Assembly (NCBI RefSeq): GCF_006345805.1
Contig: NC_043002.1
Coordinates: 103,726,001-103,790,000 of the forward strand
From: Octopus sinensis
Lineage: Eukaryota
DNA: 64,000 bases
Direction of reading: 5' to 3'
The position numbers and the translations under genes are program-made. Under the pieces are notes generated by a model that saw only the letters and a list, made by a program, of their open reading frames with translations, had not been told where the DNA came from and searched no databases. Positions 1-12,623 of this stretch are shown here, one piece after another; within the stretch, counting starts at the first letter, position 1; every line of letters begins with the position of its first letter.

Positions 1-1741
1 ATTTTCTTCAACGCTCCCAAGGAGCAATACCGCCCACATTAGGATCCACTGGTCTAGTGCCTTGTGAAGGATAATATTCTTTAATCCAACAATAATGATT
101 CTAGACTGCCATAGGATCATCTTCTGGATTAATATATACGTTAGTATCTACTGCCACTTCTGTAATGTACAGTTATTGACATCACATCCACTGCTTGTTC
201 ATTACTGATATAATAACGACAGTGAAGGCGTTTGAGATGCAAAAATGGTCGCCAAAAATGGTTTTCAATCCCAGACTGACCTGATTTCCTGCGTTCTTGA
301 GCAACATAATTCATCGATACAATCCATTCATAAATGGATGAGTAAACCTGCAAATAGACTATCGTCTTGTAGAGGGCGCTATCGGGATCTCGGCAATTTT
401 TATACCATGGTAAGCAGGTATCTGTTCTATGAAATGCAGAAGTCAAAACGGGAATGTCCAGTGATTGTTGCCGTTGTTAATGATGATCATGTTGACAGGA
501 ATGATCTTGATCGATCATCCTCATAATCAGGATAATGATGATGTAACGCTGATAAACCTGTACAATATTTCAATAAATACACCTTTAATATATTCGTTAT
601 ATTTTGGGGTGGTCGCGTTATTCTTGCCAAATAAACACGCACTATACATTTGTCCTATTCGCCCTTCCCTCGTTAATTATTGTTCTTATTTTAACTTATG
701 TCCATCGTATTTCATGTTATGCACATAAAATAAAATAAGAACAATAATAAATACGTTCAGAACGAATACATATATAGTGCGTGTATTTATTTGGCATCCC
801 GACCATACCGAAATATCAAAATATTTGTTTCAACACACGATGCCATATCAGAAATCTTTCAAGACATATTCATGAATGTAATCTTGAATATACTTTTGTG
901 ACAAACAAAAGGAAAGTGTTATTCGGTGACCTATAGATCCAAAGGAAATATTTCAAAACAGCATTAACAGCTGCCCTGAATAGATTGGTGTCTGCTATAA
1001 GAAGGCGCCATACATGCAGTTCATTCTACAAATATAACAAACACATTTCACTCAAAGAAAGACGTTGTTAGCATAATTGCACAAGGGTTTATTAATATCT
1101 CCAAGAGCTTTGGACTTCAAATGGATTCAGAATGGAAGAAGACGAGAAGACATACCGTTAAAGTGTTTTGCTATGAAATATCGTGACAGATGAAACATGA
1201 TGTGTATTATTTTGTCTGTAACGTATGCAGAGTAATTTGGAAACTAAGCAACTGCGAAAAGATCTGATTAAAGAAAAGAAAATATCATTCTTTCGATTGA
1301 TGTGATGGCAGGGAATTTCTCCATTGTGCAATCAGCATCGAATCCTGTGGTTGCGGTGAATTAAGCAACAAAATCGTGTGTGGAATATTCTCTGTGAAGA
1401 TCAGTTTCCTATGTTACCCAGGTCAGCAAATAACAAATTACTTTCATTTGAATATGGTAAGGAGATGCATTTCCCATGCAATGTGAATAACGTACGTACA
1501 TGCATGCATACATACGTCCCTATAAATATATACATACATACATACATCCATACATATATACATACATACATATATATATATATATACGTATATATATATA
1601 TATATATATATACGTATATATGTACATGTATATTGATATATATAAGTTTACATATATATATATATATAAGTGCCATTACACACACATAAATATATCTATC
1701 TATCCAGCTATATATCTACCACCTGCCTTCTTCCTATCCAA

Positions 1742-1806
<65 letters not shown>

Positions 1807-2021
1807 CTTACATATAACGTTATATATTAACGCTTGTACTACCTACAAAGGCAAGCTTTATTTTTGGTTAAAATCCTGTACACCCTTGCTTGTTCGATGT
1901 TTAATTTCATTAAAGTGATTCCAGGTTGAAAGCTAAATAGCAAAGCAGTAAGAAACAACGAAAGGGAAATAGCTTATTTGTTTGAAGAAGGCTTTTCATG
2001 TAGGATTTGTTGTGCTAACCA

Positions 2022-2303
2022 TTAGCATTCCGAATACCGTTGAAAATACATCATAGAATGTGAATTGTATATTGCAAAAGATCTTAAGTTGATTGTGTTA
2101 TATTTAAAGAGTTGAACATATTCCTTTGAGACGCGAATCATGCTACGTCGATTGTGTGTCAGATTACGTTTGCCAGCCAAAGCTAGCAATTCCATCGCCA
2201 TGATACTTAGCACGCAAGCTACCAGCAGTGTTTTCGATATTCCCGACACAAAGTTAGCTTTTTTCCATATACAAGGAGTGAAGCATCCAATTATGCTACA
2301 GGG
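2022..2303 (-). CDS. Candidate exon encoding a Cys cluster plus putative transmembrane helix (PCSIIGCFTPCIWKK...ISKTLLVACVLSIMAMELLALAGKR)
   Basis: ttttag| acceptor at 2303 extends ORF 2022..2249 upstream; hydrophobic stretch followed by basic residues; possible |gtaatc donor after AGK. Confidence 0.3.
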   Translation of the reverse strand, partial: PCSIIGCFTPCIWKKANFVSGISKTLLVACVLSIMAMELLALAGKRNLTHNRRSMIRVSKEYVQLFKYNTINLRSFAIYNSHSMMYFQRYSEC

Positions 2304-2695
2304 CTAAAATCGAGGGTTTATTTGCAGTTGCGCTTTCAATAGTTTGTTGACGTTTCTTGAGATTATCTATTAGATAATATGGTAATTTATATGGAAAACT
2401 ATACAGAATTAAGCATTAGGCAACATACACTATAGAATGCATTCATTCCGTAACCGAAACGAAAACCGTTTAATTGTTGTACCAGTTTAACAAGATGTCA
2501 ATACATCACCATAAAAAGGCGGAGGAATTGACCCATTAAAAAATTAGAATAATAAAACAAAGCATATCCAAATTCTGAATAGAAATTAAAAACAAAACCA
2601 ATTGGCGACCGTGAATGTAAAATGAACTGATCATAACAGAATGTTATTTAAACCAGTAACCAATATCAGAGTACTGACGTTTATACAACACAAAG

Positions 2696-2836
2696 TTAAA
2701 CACTGCTTTTCAATGCATCCAATATGGTTGTTAACAGGCGCAGAGCTGTAATACGTAAGAACATCTCTCTGGGTCGTACACACAATTTCGGGTAACTCTT
2801 TATGATGTACCACAGGTAATTTCGCTCATAATTGTC
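2696..2836 (-). CDS. Candidate exon beginning DNYERNYLWYIIKSYPKLC; downstream boundary uncertain
   Basis: tttaatcccag| acceptor in phase 0 matches the previous donor; frame is open for 46 codons to TAA; no strong donor identified. Confidence 0.35.
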   Translation of the reverse strand, partial: DNYERNYLWYIIKSYPKLCVRPREMFLRITALRLLTTILDALKSSV

Positions 2837-3042
2837 CTGGGATTAAATCGAAAGTACATAAACGACAGTACAACAACTGTAAGAATATAAAAAATTGCTA
2901 CCTCATCTACCGGAATCATTATCAGTTTTTGAAGAAATTATATAAACATAACCAATATTTCAATAGATCACTATGTGGTTCCCGTGTATGCTAAAAATAG
3001 ACGTCACACCGTCCTACCATTAAATCTTTATTCTCAACTTAC

Positions 3043-3161
3043 TAACACGATAGATGTTTGCGAGTTAGACAAATGAAATGTAATAGATGTAGCACTTAAT
3101 TCCATCCCTTGAGGTTTCAACAGGAACACTTCAATAATTGTCTGAGACTCCTCAGTGAAAT
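3043..3161 (-). CDS. Candidate exon (DFTEESQTIIEVFLLKPQGMELSATSITFHLSNSQTSIVL)
   Basis: aatacag| acceptor, 119 nt, phase 1 to 0, consensus |gtaagt donor; only this frame is open. Confidence 0.5.
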
Positions 3162-3523
3162 CTGTATTGATACAACAATGGAACTGGACACAACACGTCT
3201 CCGTGAGATGATACAAATATATAGAGACTTCCAATAGAAAGCATTTTAACCTCAAATTAAACGCCCAGGCAGTAGTGCATTAAATCAGAAAATAACTGAA
3301 AATGAATGATATTCAGCAATGAATCAACTGTCTAAAGAACACAGATATATAAAATTAAATAATAAGAGTAGAAAATAATATCATTTAATAATATTATTCA
3401 ATAATATCAATTTCAACTAATGGTCAACATACTTTAAAATATCCGAGGACCGAGTTTTCTATTTAAATGTAAACAATATGAGATATCCCTTGTATGCTAA
3501 CAATAGATGTCAAACCGTCTTAC

Positions 3524-3564
3524 CACCAGAGAAATTATTTTTACATGTAAATATATTTAATGTG
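3524..3564 (-). CDS. Candidate 41-nt exon (NTLNIFTCKNNFSG)
   Basis: Pyrimidine-rich ...aacag| acceptor and |gtaaga donor; phase 2 to 1 links the flanking candidate exons without a stop. Confidence 0.45.
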
Positions 3565-3811
3565 CTGTTGTTTGGGAACACAGACGAAAGAAAAGAAAGA
3601 TGAATTCTGCTTAAATGTCATTGCACGTACATGAAACTTTAGCTATCCAGTTTGGACATAGAAACACATCAATTAGACAATTTTGAGATGGCGTTCTTTA
3701 ATAGGTATCGGTATTCTTTTTACACCAGGAAATTATTAGAAAAATATTTTTCTTCTCATCTCATTACCAAAAGCTTAAGCTACAAAAGAAATACACTTCG
3801 TAATCACATAC

Positions 3812-3945
3812 TTTCGAGTTGGATCAAGCGTGAGCGTAAATTCCAAAATAGGACTTCCATATGTGCCTGTGCTCGACACAATAATGCTTGCTCGGAGGAA
3901 ATCAATAGAGAAGGAAAGTAAGGAATTATGTAGAATGCATTGACC
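3812..3945 (-). CDS. Candidate internal exon (GQCILHNSLLSFSIDFLRASIIVSSTGTYGSPILEFTLTLDPTR) of an unidentified multi-exon gene
   Basis: Minus strand: tttaatag| acceptor, 134 nt open frame (phase 0 to 2), |gtatgt donor; phase fits the next exon. Confidence 0.45.
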
Positions 3946-4560
3946 CTATTAAAGTATAGTCGACTTCATTGAAGGATCAGATTTACAAGAATCATCTGAA
4001 GGTAGTGGAGATTATTAGATCATGACCTCTTGTTGAAGATACCTTGGACAACTTCATCACATCATCACTGCCTCTAGTATGAAGAAAATGTCAGCTGGAT
4101 TTTCCCTTTCTGCTTCCTCTTACGAATCTGTAAACACAAACAGTCTAGGTTGTTTCTAACTACAATTAACTCAAACCTGTACGCAATCGAATCGACTGTA
4201 GTTGTATACACAGATATTTGGAATATCAGGAGCATTTTCCCGTCTATTGAATGTCAAATTTATATGATCGAAGAATATATTCTGCATATTAATTGAAAAC
4301 GCAGACATTGTAATTGAGAGTGTGTTGCATCGATTTCGTTAACCCGAAGGAAAATGAGGACAATCTAGATTGAAACTGCGATAATTCGATCGGCAAATAT
4401 GCACACTCACTGGCAGAATTAATTCTTTGTAGGAGAATGGGAGAACTATTTATTAAATAGAATGCATAAATTCAGATTGTACACACATAGTTGTACACAC
4501 GCCTCCCACACACTGAAGCATGCAAATACATGAATACTCGTTGTGATATACATACACACG

Positions 4561-4666
<106 letters not shown>

Positions 4667-5882
4667 GTATATATATATCTATATATATATATATATACAT
4701 ATATACATATAATGAGAGAAAGAGAGAAATTCATATATGTGTGTATATATGAACCACTGACTAAATTAGCATATACATCGACATGTATATATATGTATAT
4801 ATATATATATATATATATGTACGTATGTATAGATGTATGTAGTTATGGCTAGGCCTTCGTTCTGCATTGTACTGTTGAAAGAGTCAACTCATGAAATGGG
4901 GAAAAAAAAAAAATCCAAGAATTGTAATTATCATTCACATGAAGCTTCTGCGGATGAGAAAATTTAAAACTGAAAGTAAAAGTAAATGAAATCGATGAAT
5001 CTAGTTTTGTGTTGTGCTTGATATCATCTTCAATATATCTGTCCATCTTATGCCTCTTCTCTTTCTCCCCCCATCTCCCGCTCCCCTTCTCTCTCCGGCT
5101 TTCTTTCATTATTTCTTTCTTTGTCTCTCTCGCTCCGTTTCTTTGTCTTGCTCTCTTTCTCTTTCCTCTCTCTATTTCACCCACTGTCTGATTTCCTGCA
5201 TATCTTTCTCAAGATACATCTATTTATCTGCCTGTCTATCTGTTTCAGTTTCCTTTCTCGCTCTCCTCTCTCGCTCCCTTTCTCTCTCTCATTCTCTCTC
5301 TCATTATGTTTACTCGTTCTCCTTGTTCCTCTTGTGTATTTTAAGATTAGTCGTTTTCAAATGAAACGCGAAAAATTGATCGGATTTGTGAGACATAAAA
5401 TCTAAGATAATTAAAACATCAAGGATAAGAAAAATTAGATAAAATAAATAAATATATAAATATTGGAGCGAACGAACATAAAAATAGAGTTCATTGTAGC
5501 GGTTAGTGAAGAAGTGAGTTCATTAGGGATATATGTGAATAGAATATATACAGAACGACATCGTGCGTTAACATTTATTTGAGATCAGTGTAGGGAGAAC
5601 ATTTCCAAACAGATTATCGCAATGACACTAGCAACCGCATTATATGCGTGTGTGTGTGTGTGTGTGTGTTTATACGTGCATATATACATACATACATATA
5701 TACATACATACATACATACATACATACATACATACATACATACATACATACGTATACACACACACACATATATATATATATATCTATATATCTATCTATA
5801 TCGACATATGTATGTATATACACATATACAAACATATATCTATCTATTTTTATATCTATATATGTATATGTATATATATATA

Positions 5883-5916
<34 letters not shown>

Positions 5917-5917
<1 letters not shown>

Positions 5918-6121
5918 TTTATTCAAAAGCAGCAGAACATTCAACAAAACCGGTTACTCTGAGTTTCACGTTCCCGGTCGTCGGACGGGAACGTGAAACT
6001 GAGACAAACATGTTTTGTTGAATTTTCTGCTGCTTTTGAATAAAGCATATTACTCTACCACTGGTATTTGATTACTATTTTTCCCACCTTGTTTCACATC
6101 ACATTTATGTGTTTACTCCGG
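5917..6121 (-). mobile_element. Fold-back relic resembling a PLE pseudo-LTR end, embedded in (TA)n/(CA)n
   Basis: Arms 5917-5950 and 6012-6045 plus inner stem 5958-5976/5986-6004; remainder is the reverse complement of the ccagagtaaacacataaatgtgaaacaaggtgg family at 50377 and 56946. Strand call is nominal for a fold-back. Confidence 0.5.
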
Positions 6122-6139
6122 TATACACACACACACACA

Positions 6140-6170
<31 letters not shown>

Positions 6171-6210
6171 TATATTATATTATATATATATATATAGATA
6201 TATATATATA

Positions 6211-6256
<46 letters not shown>

Positions 6257-7411
6257 TTACTAAGTCTCTAAAGGAGATATATTTAGACTGCAATATTAGT
6301 ATGGCGATAACTATTAATATATATATATTATATTATATATATATTCACAGATAGAATGATTGATAGATAGAATGATAGATAGATAGTTTAATTAGACGCG
6401 CATATATATCTATCTAACTATAGAAATAGTAAATATGAGAGTGGCAGAAACCTACAGTCAGTTTAGACTTTAATAATACAACTAAAATAAAAGTGGTCTA
6501 CTATTGAATTACATGTTTATACACTATTCTTAAATAACATATTTCAAATAGATTGGAAGTTATCTTTCAAAGATTTGAAGCGCTGACATCATGGACATGA
6601 GAGCCGCATTAAACAGTTGGTATAACTTTTTTCCATTTCTTTGTTTTGTACTTTTTTTTTTGTTAACTACACAAAATTTACAACGAATGACGAAGGATCG
6701 TGAATAGTAGACACTTCTAGTCTTTGAAATGTTGGAGTGATTCCTCGGATTCATCTGGTATGATCGAGTGTAAAACACTGATCTGCTTGCAAAGAGCATC
6801 TACGAATATATTCAGAAAAAATTGCTGCCGAATGCAGGTTGCAGTGTCTGGGACATTACATATGCATCGCATATAGCGACTTACCCACTGAGTAGTGAAA
6901 CAAACGTCTAGGAGCAGTGAACTTCGGTTATTGTCTAGGGTTAAAAGGATGGCAGAAGAAAGTGACAACTCAATGAAATCAAAAATGTATACAGAATGTT
7001 TGAGATGCTGGCGTCATAGTGTTGCATGCGCATGTGCTATTCTAAGGAAGCTGCAGAATGGTGGAGTTTCAGTGACGCTTAACGTTCAAGACATTGACAG
7101 GTCGATATGTCTTACTTTCTCAATTTCACTCAACACTGCCCGTTAGAAGCATGTCATGGTTGCTCACATAAAGTGTCAAAACATTAAATGATTCAAATGG
7201 GATTTCTATGTTTAGCAGAGAGTAGAAGATGATGCCTAATCATGATTGTGGGCCAATGAAATATTCTACTAATTTGTTTTATTTAAAAATTTGTGTCAGA
7301 TGCTTGCATTTAGATTAGCCATATTGTGCGACCTTTTTGATATTCAAAGAGGATAAAATTCTGGACCGCTGATGACAGGTGCCTCGATCAGGGTAACTGC
7401 CGTTATATGTA

Positions 7412-7453
<42 letters not shown>

Positions 7454-7533
7454 TATATATATAATATATATATAATTATATATATATAATAATGTGTGTG
7501 GTGTGTGTGTGTGGTGTGTGTGTGTGTGTATAC

Positions 7534-7566
<33 letters not shown>

Positions 7567-7575
7567 ATATATATA

Positions 7576-7615
<40 letters not shown>

Positions 7616-8354
7616 TTAGAGATAACACCACTATTAAGCAAATCAACAGTGAAAAACCTAACGAAAACATAAAAATAAAAAAATAATTAATATAATATAC
7701 AAAATATATAAAAAAATATAAAATTCAAAATTTAAATTATTCAAATTTAAAATATTAATTTATATCTTTTAAAATATTTTAAAAATATTTTAAAAATATT
7801 TTAAAAAATACTTTTAAAATTTTATATATATATATATACATGTGTGTGTGTGTATGTGAGTGTGTGTATGTATGTGTGTGATTTTGTGTGTGCGTGTATA
7901 TGTGTGTGTGTGTATGTATATTGGTAAGTAGGAGAATTGAGGTATGAATATCGATAACTTATTTTATATTTATTTATAGCATATTACCACTACTTACACG
8001 TACTTTCACTGCAGCGACTGGATATGTTACCATGAAAGATGTAGGTATTTGTGGATGTGTCGATGTTTGGATGTACTAACTTAAATTGATTTGCGCGTAT
8101 ACGTACAGTAACAGCATATTGAGGTGAAAATCGACACGAAATTGTTATCGAAGTAAAAAGTATTCTATGCCCAAAATATCACTGTGCAATATGTGATAAA
8201 ACTCTTCCTAAATGAGAGGATACCAAATAGCTGATACAACAGGATAATAACATAGCAACAGCGTATCAGTGACATACAGATCTCTGAATGCGATAACGGG
8301 CTGAACAAGTGAGAGAAAAATTAACAGTAAAATATACGTACGGATATATATCTA

Positions 8355-8452
<98 letters not shown>

Positions 8453-8662
8453 TGAACAAATAGATCAATAATTATATATGTAGACATGTGTATATACATA
8501 CATCGATATATTCTTTTATATGCACACACATATAAATATACTGTTGCATATATATGTATATAAATATATATAGATATGTATGTATATATATATGTATATA
8601 TATATATATATGTATATGTGTGTATATATATACATACATGTGTGTACATATATGTATATATA

Positions 8663-8892
8663 AAGGCGGCGAGCTGGCAGAAACGTTAGCACGCTGGGCG
8701 AAATGCGTAGCTGTATTTCGTCTGTCGTCACGTTCCGAGTTCAAATCCGCCGAGGTCGACTTTGCCTTTCATCCTTTCGGGGTCGATGAATTAAGTACCA
8801 GTTACACACTGGGGTCGATATAATCGACTTAATCCGTTTGTCTGTCCTTGTTTGTCCCGTCTGTGTTTAGCCCCTTGTGGGTAGTAAAGAAA
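8663..8892 (+). mobile_element. tRNA-derived SINE, family A (ggcggcgagctggcagaa head)
   Basis: A-box-like head, B-box gagttcaaatcc, body gcctttcatcctttcggggtcgat shared with 15073, 19600, 32600 and 59530. Confidence 0.8.
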
Positions 8893-9796
8893 TATATATA
8901 TGTATATATTTATATATATATGTACATTGTTTTGCATATTTGTAATGTGTTCAAATGTACAAATTATACATACGTATGCGTTTTTGTGCATAACACACAG
9001 AGATACACACTGATACGCATATATATTCACACACAAACACACACATACGCGCGCGCATTCATACCTATATACATACATAATTACTTATATATGCGTACGT
9101 GGAAAACTGTGATTTTCTTGATGGATGGTTAGATCTCGTGAGAAATAAAATACTTGTAGATGCGGATTGGATGTCATAAAATGCGTGTTGATAGGTAAGA
9201 CAGATTCTATTTGGCATATCAGAGTGATTTGGTCCTAACCGAACACATTACAGGGGATTATTTCTCGCTCTCTTAATATCTAAGTAGGCGGGCTCCGTAA
9301 TATACCCAAGTTGCTACGAGATTCACATTCAACGACCTTTTCTCTTATAAATGGGCAACGCAGAGCGGCAATTAGATTTTTCTTTTCTGTTTTAGGTGTT
9401 TTGATGATTTCTTTTTTTGTTTGATTTTAGTTTTTCTTTTTTCACAATATTTTATGACATGTTCTGGATTTCATATAATGTTCTTATAATACATTATTTT
9501 TGGTCAATTTAGACGAAAACGAGGAATCTGTTAAACGAATTGCTACAATTGATGGAACGAGTAATACATTTTCGCACCATATGCGATCAGTTGCGACTCA
9601 TTTATGAAACTACGGAAAAGCTTTCCGATGTTATCATTTGTGATTAGAAATAGAAGAATACGCATCAGAGTCACACAGACAAACACATCCTCTCATATAC
9701 GCACACAGACGCACGAGCGCACCTACACGCACACTCACACACATATATGTATACACACACATGTATATATATATATAAACCTTCTTTTCTATAATG

Positions 9797-10356
9797 TTAT
9801 TCAATAAAGCTACCTTCAGCTTCAACAAATGCTTCTATGTGAGATCTAAATCATCTACGTGCTCGAATCAATTGGTCCTTGTTCCGTTTGGACATTATTC
9901 TGACTATGGCAGCTTTCAAAGAATCATTGGTATTATGGGTGTGTTCATTAACATCTGTCTCAACAGCGCTCGTCATGTAATAGTACAATGAATTGAAATC
10001 TGAAGAATTAGGAGGCTATGTGATCATAAAAATTTTCAGTCATCCATTCCCGCCTTATTAGAGACGTGTGTGATAGTTCTGAGTCTTACTGGAACATATG
10101 GCCTTCCATTGCATACACTTTCCATCAAGGGATTAACAATTATTTCCAGAACCTCAATGTAGGCGGCATTTAACTCTAAGGCCTTCTGGAAAGAGGCAAG
10201 GAGGCATCTCATCTCCTTCATTGATCACAACCCCTAAAACCATGGCAGTTGCAGGAAATTTTTTATGCATAACACTTGGAACTTCAGAGGGGTCTGCACA
10301 TAACCATCTGTTATTTCTTTTGTTAACTGTTTGATCTTAGTCGACGTTTTTCTCGG
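9797..10356 (-). mobile_element. Decayed Tc1/mariner-superfamily transposase, maT/DD37D-like
   Basis: Minus translation with frameshifts: NKRNNRWLCADPSEVPSVMHKKFPATAMVLGV...NAAYIEVLE...PPNSSDFN...IEAFVEAEGSFIE*. Confidence 0.7.
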
Positions 10357-10374
10357 TTTTTTTTTTTGCCTTTA

Positions 10375-10453
10375 GATGAAGAAAAAACATCCGTCAAATG
10401 CAAATAAAGTAATTAATGTACATAATTCCTCACCTCTTAAATATAGAAATGTA
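10375..10453 (+). mobile_element. PLE pseudo-LTR 3' end fragment, same family as 30248-30375
   Basis: catccgtcaaatgcaaataaagt...ataattcctcacctcttaaatatagaaatgta matches tatccgtcaaatgtaaatagtg...ataattcctcatcttttaaatatagaactgta. Confidence 0.65.
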
Positions 10454-11542
10454 AGTTTCCATATTCTGTTCAATGAGTTTCGTGTTTTCCGACCGTAAAG
10501 ACTTCCTGCTGACATCATGCATCCTGTTCAGAGTTGATGGATTGTACATTCAATGAATTTTGAAGAGACCGAAACAGGTGGACAACTAAAAAAAAACAAA
10601 AAAAACTGTCAGGCGAATATGGAGGCTGTGGCAAAATTTTCCTGTAAGATTTCTTAAGTCTTGAAAGACTTGTGTGGTCGAACATTTTCGTGGTGAAAGA
10701 TAATGCCCTTACGATTAGCTAGTACTAATCGGAACATTGCATTTACTTTGTCCCGCTGGTCACAGTACGTGTCCGAATTGATGGGCGTGTCCGTGGGAGG
10801 AAGCTCATAAAGTCAATACCCTTCCAATATCCTCAGACTGAAAGCATAATCTTCTTCGGGTAAAGTCCTGCTTTGGAGGTTGTTTCTACTTCTTCTTCTC
10901 GTCCCCCACCCATGAAACTACGGGAAGACTAAATCGTTTTAGTCCTCTGTTATTATCATTCTCTTGTTTTTTAAAAAAATCGTTTTCTTCATCCAAAGAA
11001 TCGCAGACGGAAAAACGTTGGGCGAGGTTAGGTTCATTCATTTAATGTGTGACGTAAACTTTGAAGCCGCTGATGTAACATAACTGATGTAAATCTTTAT
11101 TAACGCTCAATTTTGGATATTGGGTAATATGTCCTATCATTTCGGTCGTATAATGAGTGTTGGTGTCGACTTATTCCTTCATTTTGTCGTTGTTAATCTC
11201 AGTTGGGCAGCAAGAGCGCGAATCGACAAATTTCCTGATCGAAATCTTGAATTCAGTCCGTACTCAGGGCATATCTTTCTTCAGGTTTCCTCCGTTTTCT
11301 TGTTTTGTTTTGATGGAAAAGCATGGTGGGCCAATGATGTTCTTGGGATCACCCATTGTCGGGGTGATACCAAGAGCACAAAATACAACTTATCTCGTAG
11401 CAAGTTTGTATCGAACTACGTTGAGGTGTCATGTGTCTAACGATTGCGCTTTCTCATGGATTAGGCAGAAGTTAAAAGCTTATTTTTGTGATTGAAAATT
11501 CATCTCGACAAAAACCAAACGGAACTTTTGGTCAACCCAGTA
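10454..11542 (-). mobile_element. Decayed mariner (DD34D-type) element, 3'-truncated, with 5' TIR
   Basis: Remnants of PTEINNDKMKE (N-terminal), KAGLYPKKIMLSV, IIFHHENVRPH and HLFRSLQNSLN; terminal aacggaacttttggtcaacccagTA. Confidence 0.75.
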
Positions 11543-12069
11543 CATAAGCATTGAAGCTAAAACTAGAATATTTATAGACCTGACACTGACCTGAAGTAAA
11601 CGGGTCAAATGACTGAAAATGTCAAGAAGGGCAAAGAAGGGACATTAACAAACGCTACTGATTGATTGATTAAACGAATGATTAAGAAAGCAATCGTTGG
11701 GTTAGTTGCTGAAATGGCAAAAAATTGAAGAATAATAAAGAAGTGAAATTGAACCAGTGCGTATGTTTGTTATTGGCATAATGACTAATCCTAAGTACAA
11801 AAATATGTTTCAACACAAGCGATTGCATCAGGAATTTTACAATCACAGTAAGTTAAGAATATATAAATTTGTGTGTGTGTATGAGTGTGTGTGTGTGTGT
11901 GTGTGTATGTGTGTGTGGTTTCAAATTGTACAAAAAGGGAAAAAAACAGAAGAGAGACATGTGAGGGAGCAACAAACGAAGATTATTCGCTTGACGTTCA
12001 AGAAAATTTTTAAAAGTCATTCACGTTTAGATCGTACACTTTTGTACAGAAAAGTATGAGGAAAGAAAG

Positions 12070-12116
<47 letters not shown>

Positions 12117-12493
12117 AAAAAAACAACAATTATTGTCGTATTTTCCATTTAAAATCCCCCAACTCATAGCTATATTATTTACAAAGCATCAATTCCAATT
12201 CCGTTTATTTATAGAAGTGTATTCCCACTATACATTTCCTAACTGACGTTTCGATGCCGCTTATTATCACTGATGTATAATATTGGCAAACGCTAATATG
12301 AATCTCAGGAGATAACAAGTGCCATGATTTTTGTTTCATTGTTATATATATTTTTTTATGATAGCCCAATTATATATATTTCATTTTATATCCCAAAGTT
12401 AGCTTCAGGTTTTGAATGAGCATTTGTAGTATGTTTCTATTATGTAGAAATAAACTCGTATCCTTCACATCCACATGTATGTGCGCATATACA

Positions 12494-12555
<62 letters not shown>

Positions 12556-12558
<3 letters not shown>

Positions 12559-12623
12559 GGAGAGTTTACGAAAAAAGCAAAAGACGAAGACAGGTGGTGT
12601 ACAAAACAAACAGATGTATTAGT
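12556..12623 (-). mobile_element. Short PLE-tail-like relic in (TA)n, same family as 48586-48716
   Basis: agagtttacgaaaaaagcaaaagacgaagacaggtggtgtacaaaacaaacagatgtattagta is the near reverse complement of 48645-48715. Confidence 0.55.

Noticed and set aside
141-446. 101-aa minus ORF and nearby Tyr-containing frames (NVYINPEDDP...)
   Set aside because: No recognisable domain; neighbouring frames are interrupted by stops; could be 3' UTR or decayed sequence.
6560-7150. Coding-like stretch faintly resembling a Gypsy integrase
   Set aside because: Motif matches too weak and stop-ridden to support a call.
7620-7830. Extremely A/T-rich stretch with repeated ttttaaaaata
   Set aside because: Looks like low-quality consensus between microsatellites rather than a biological element.
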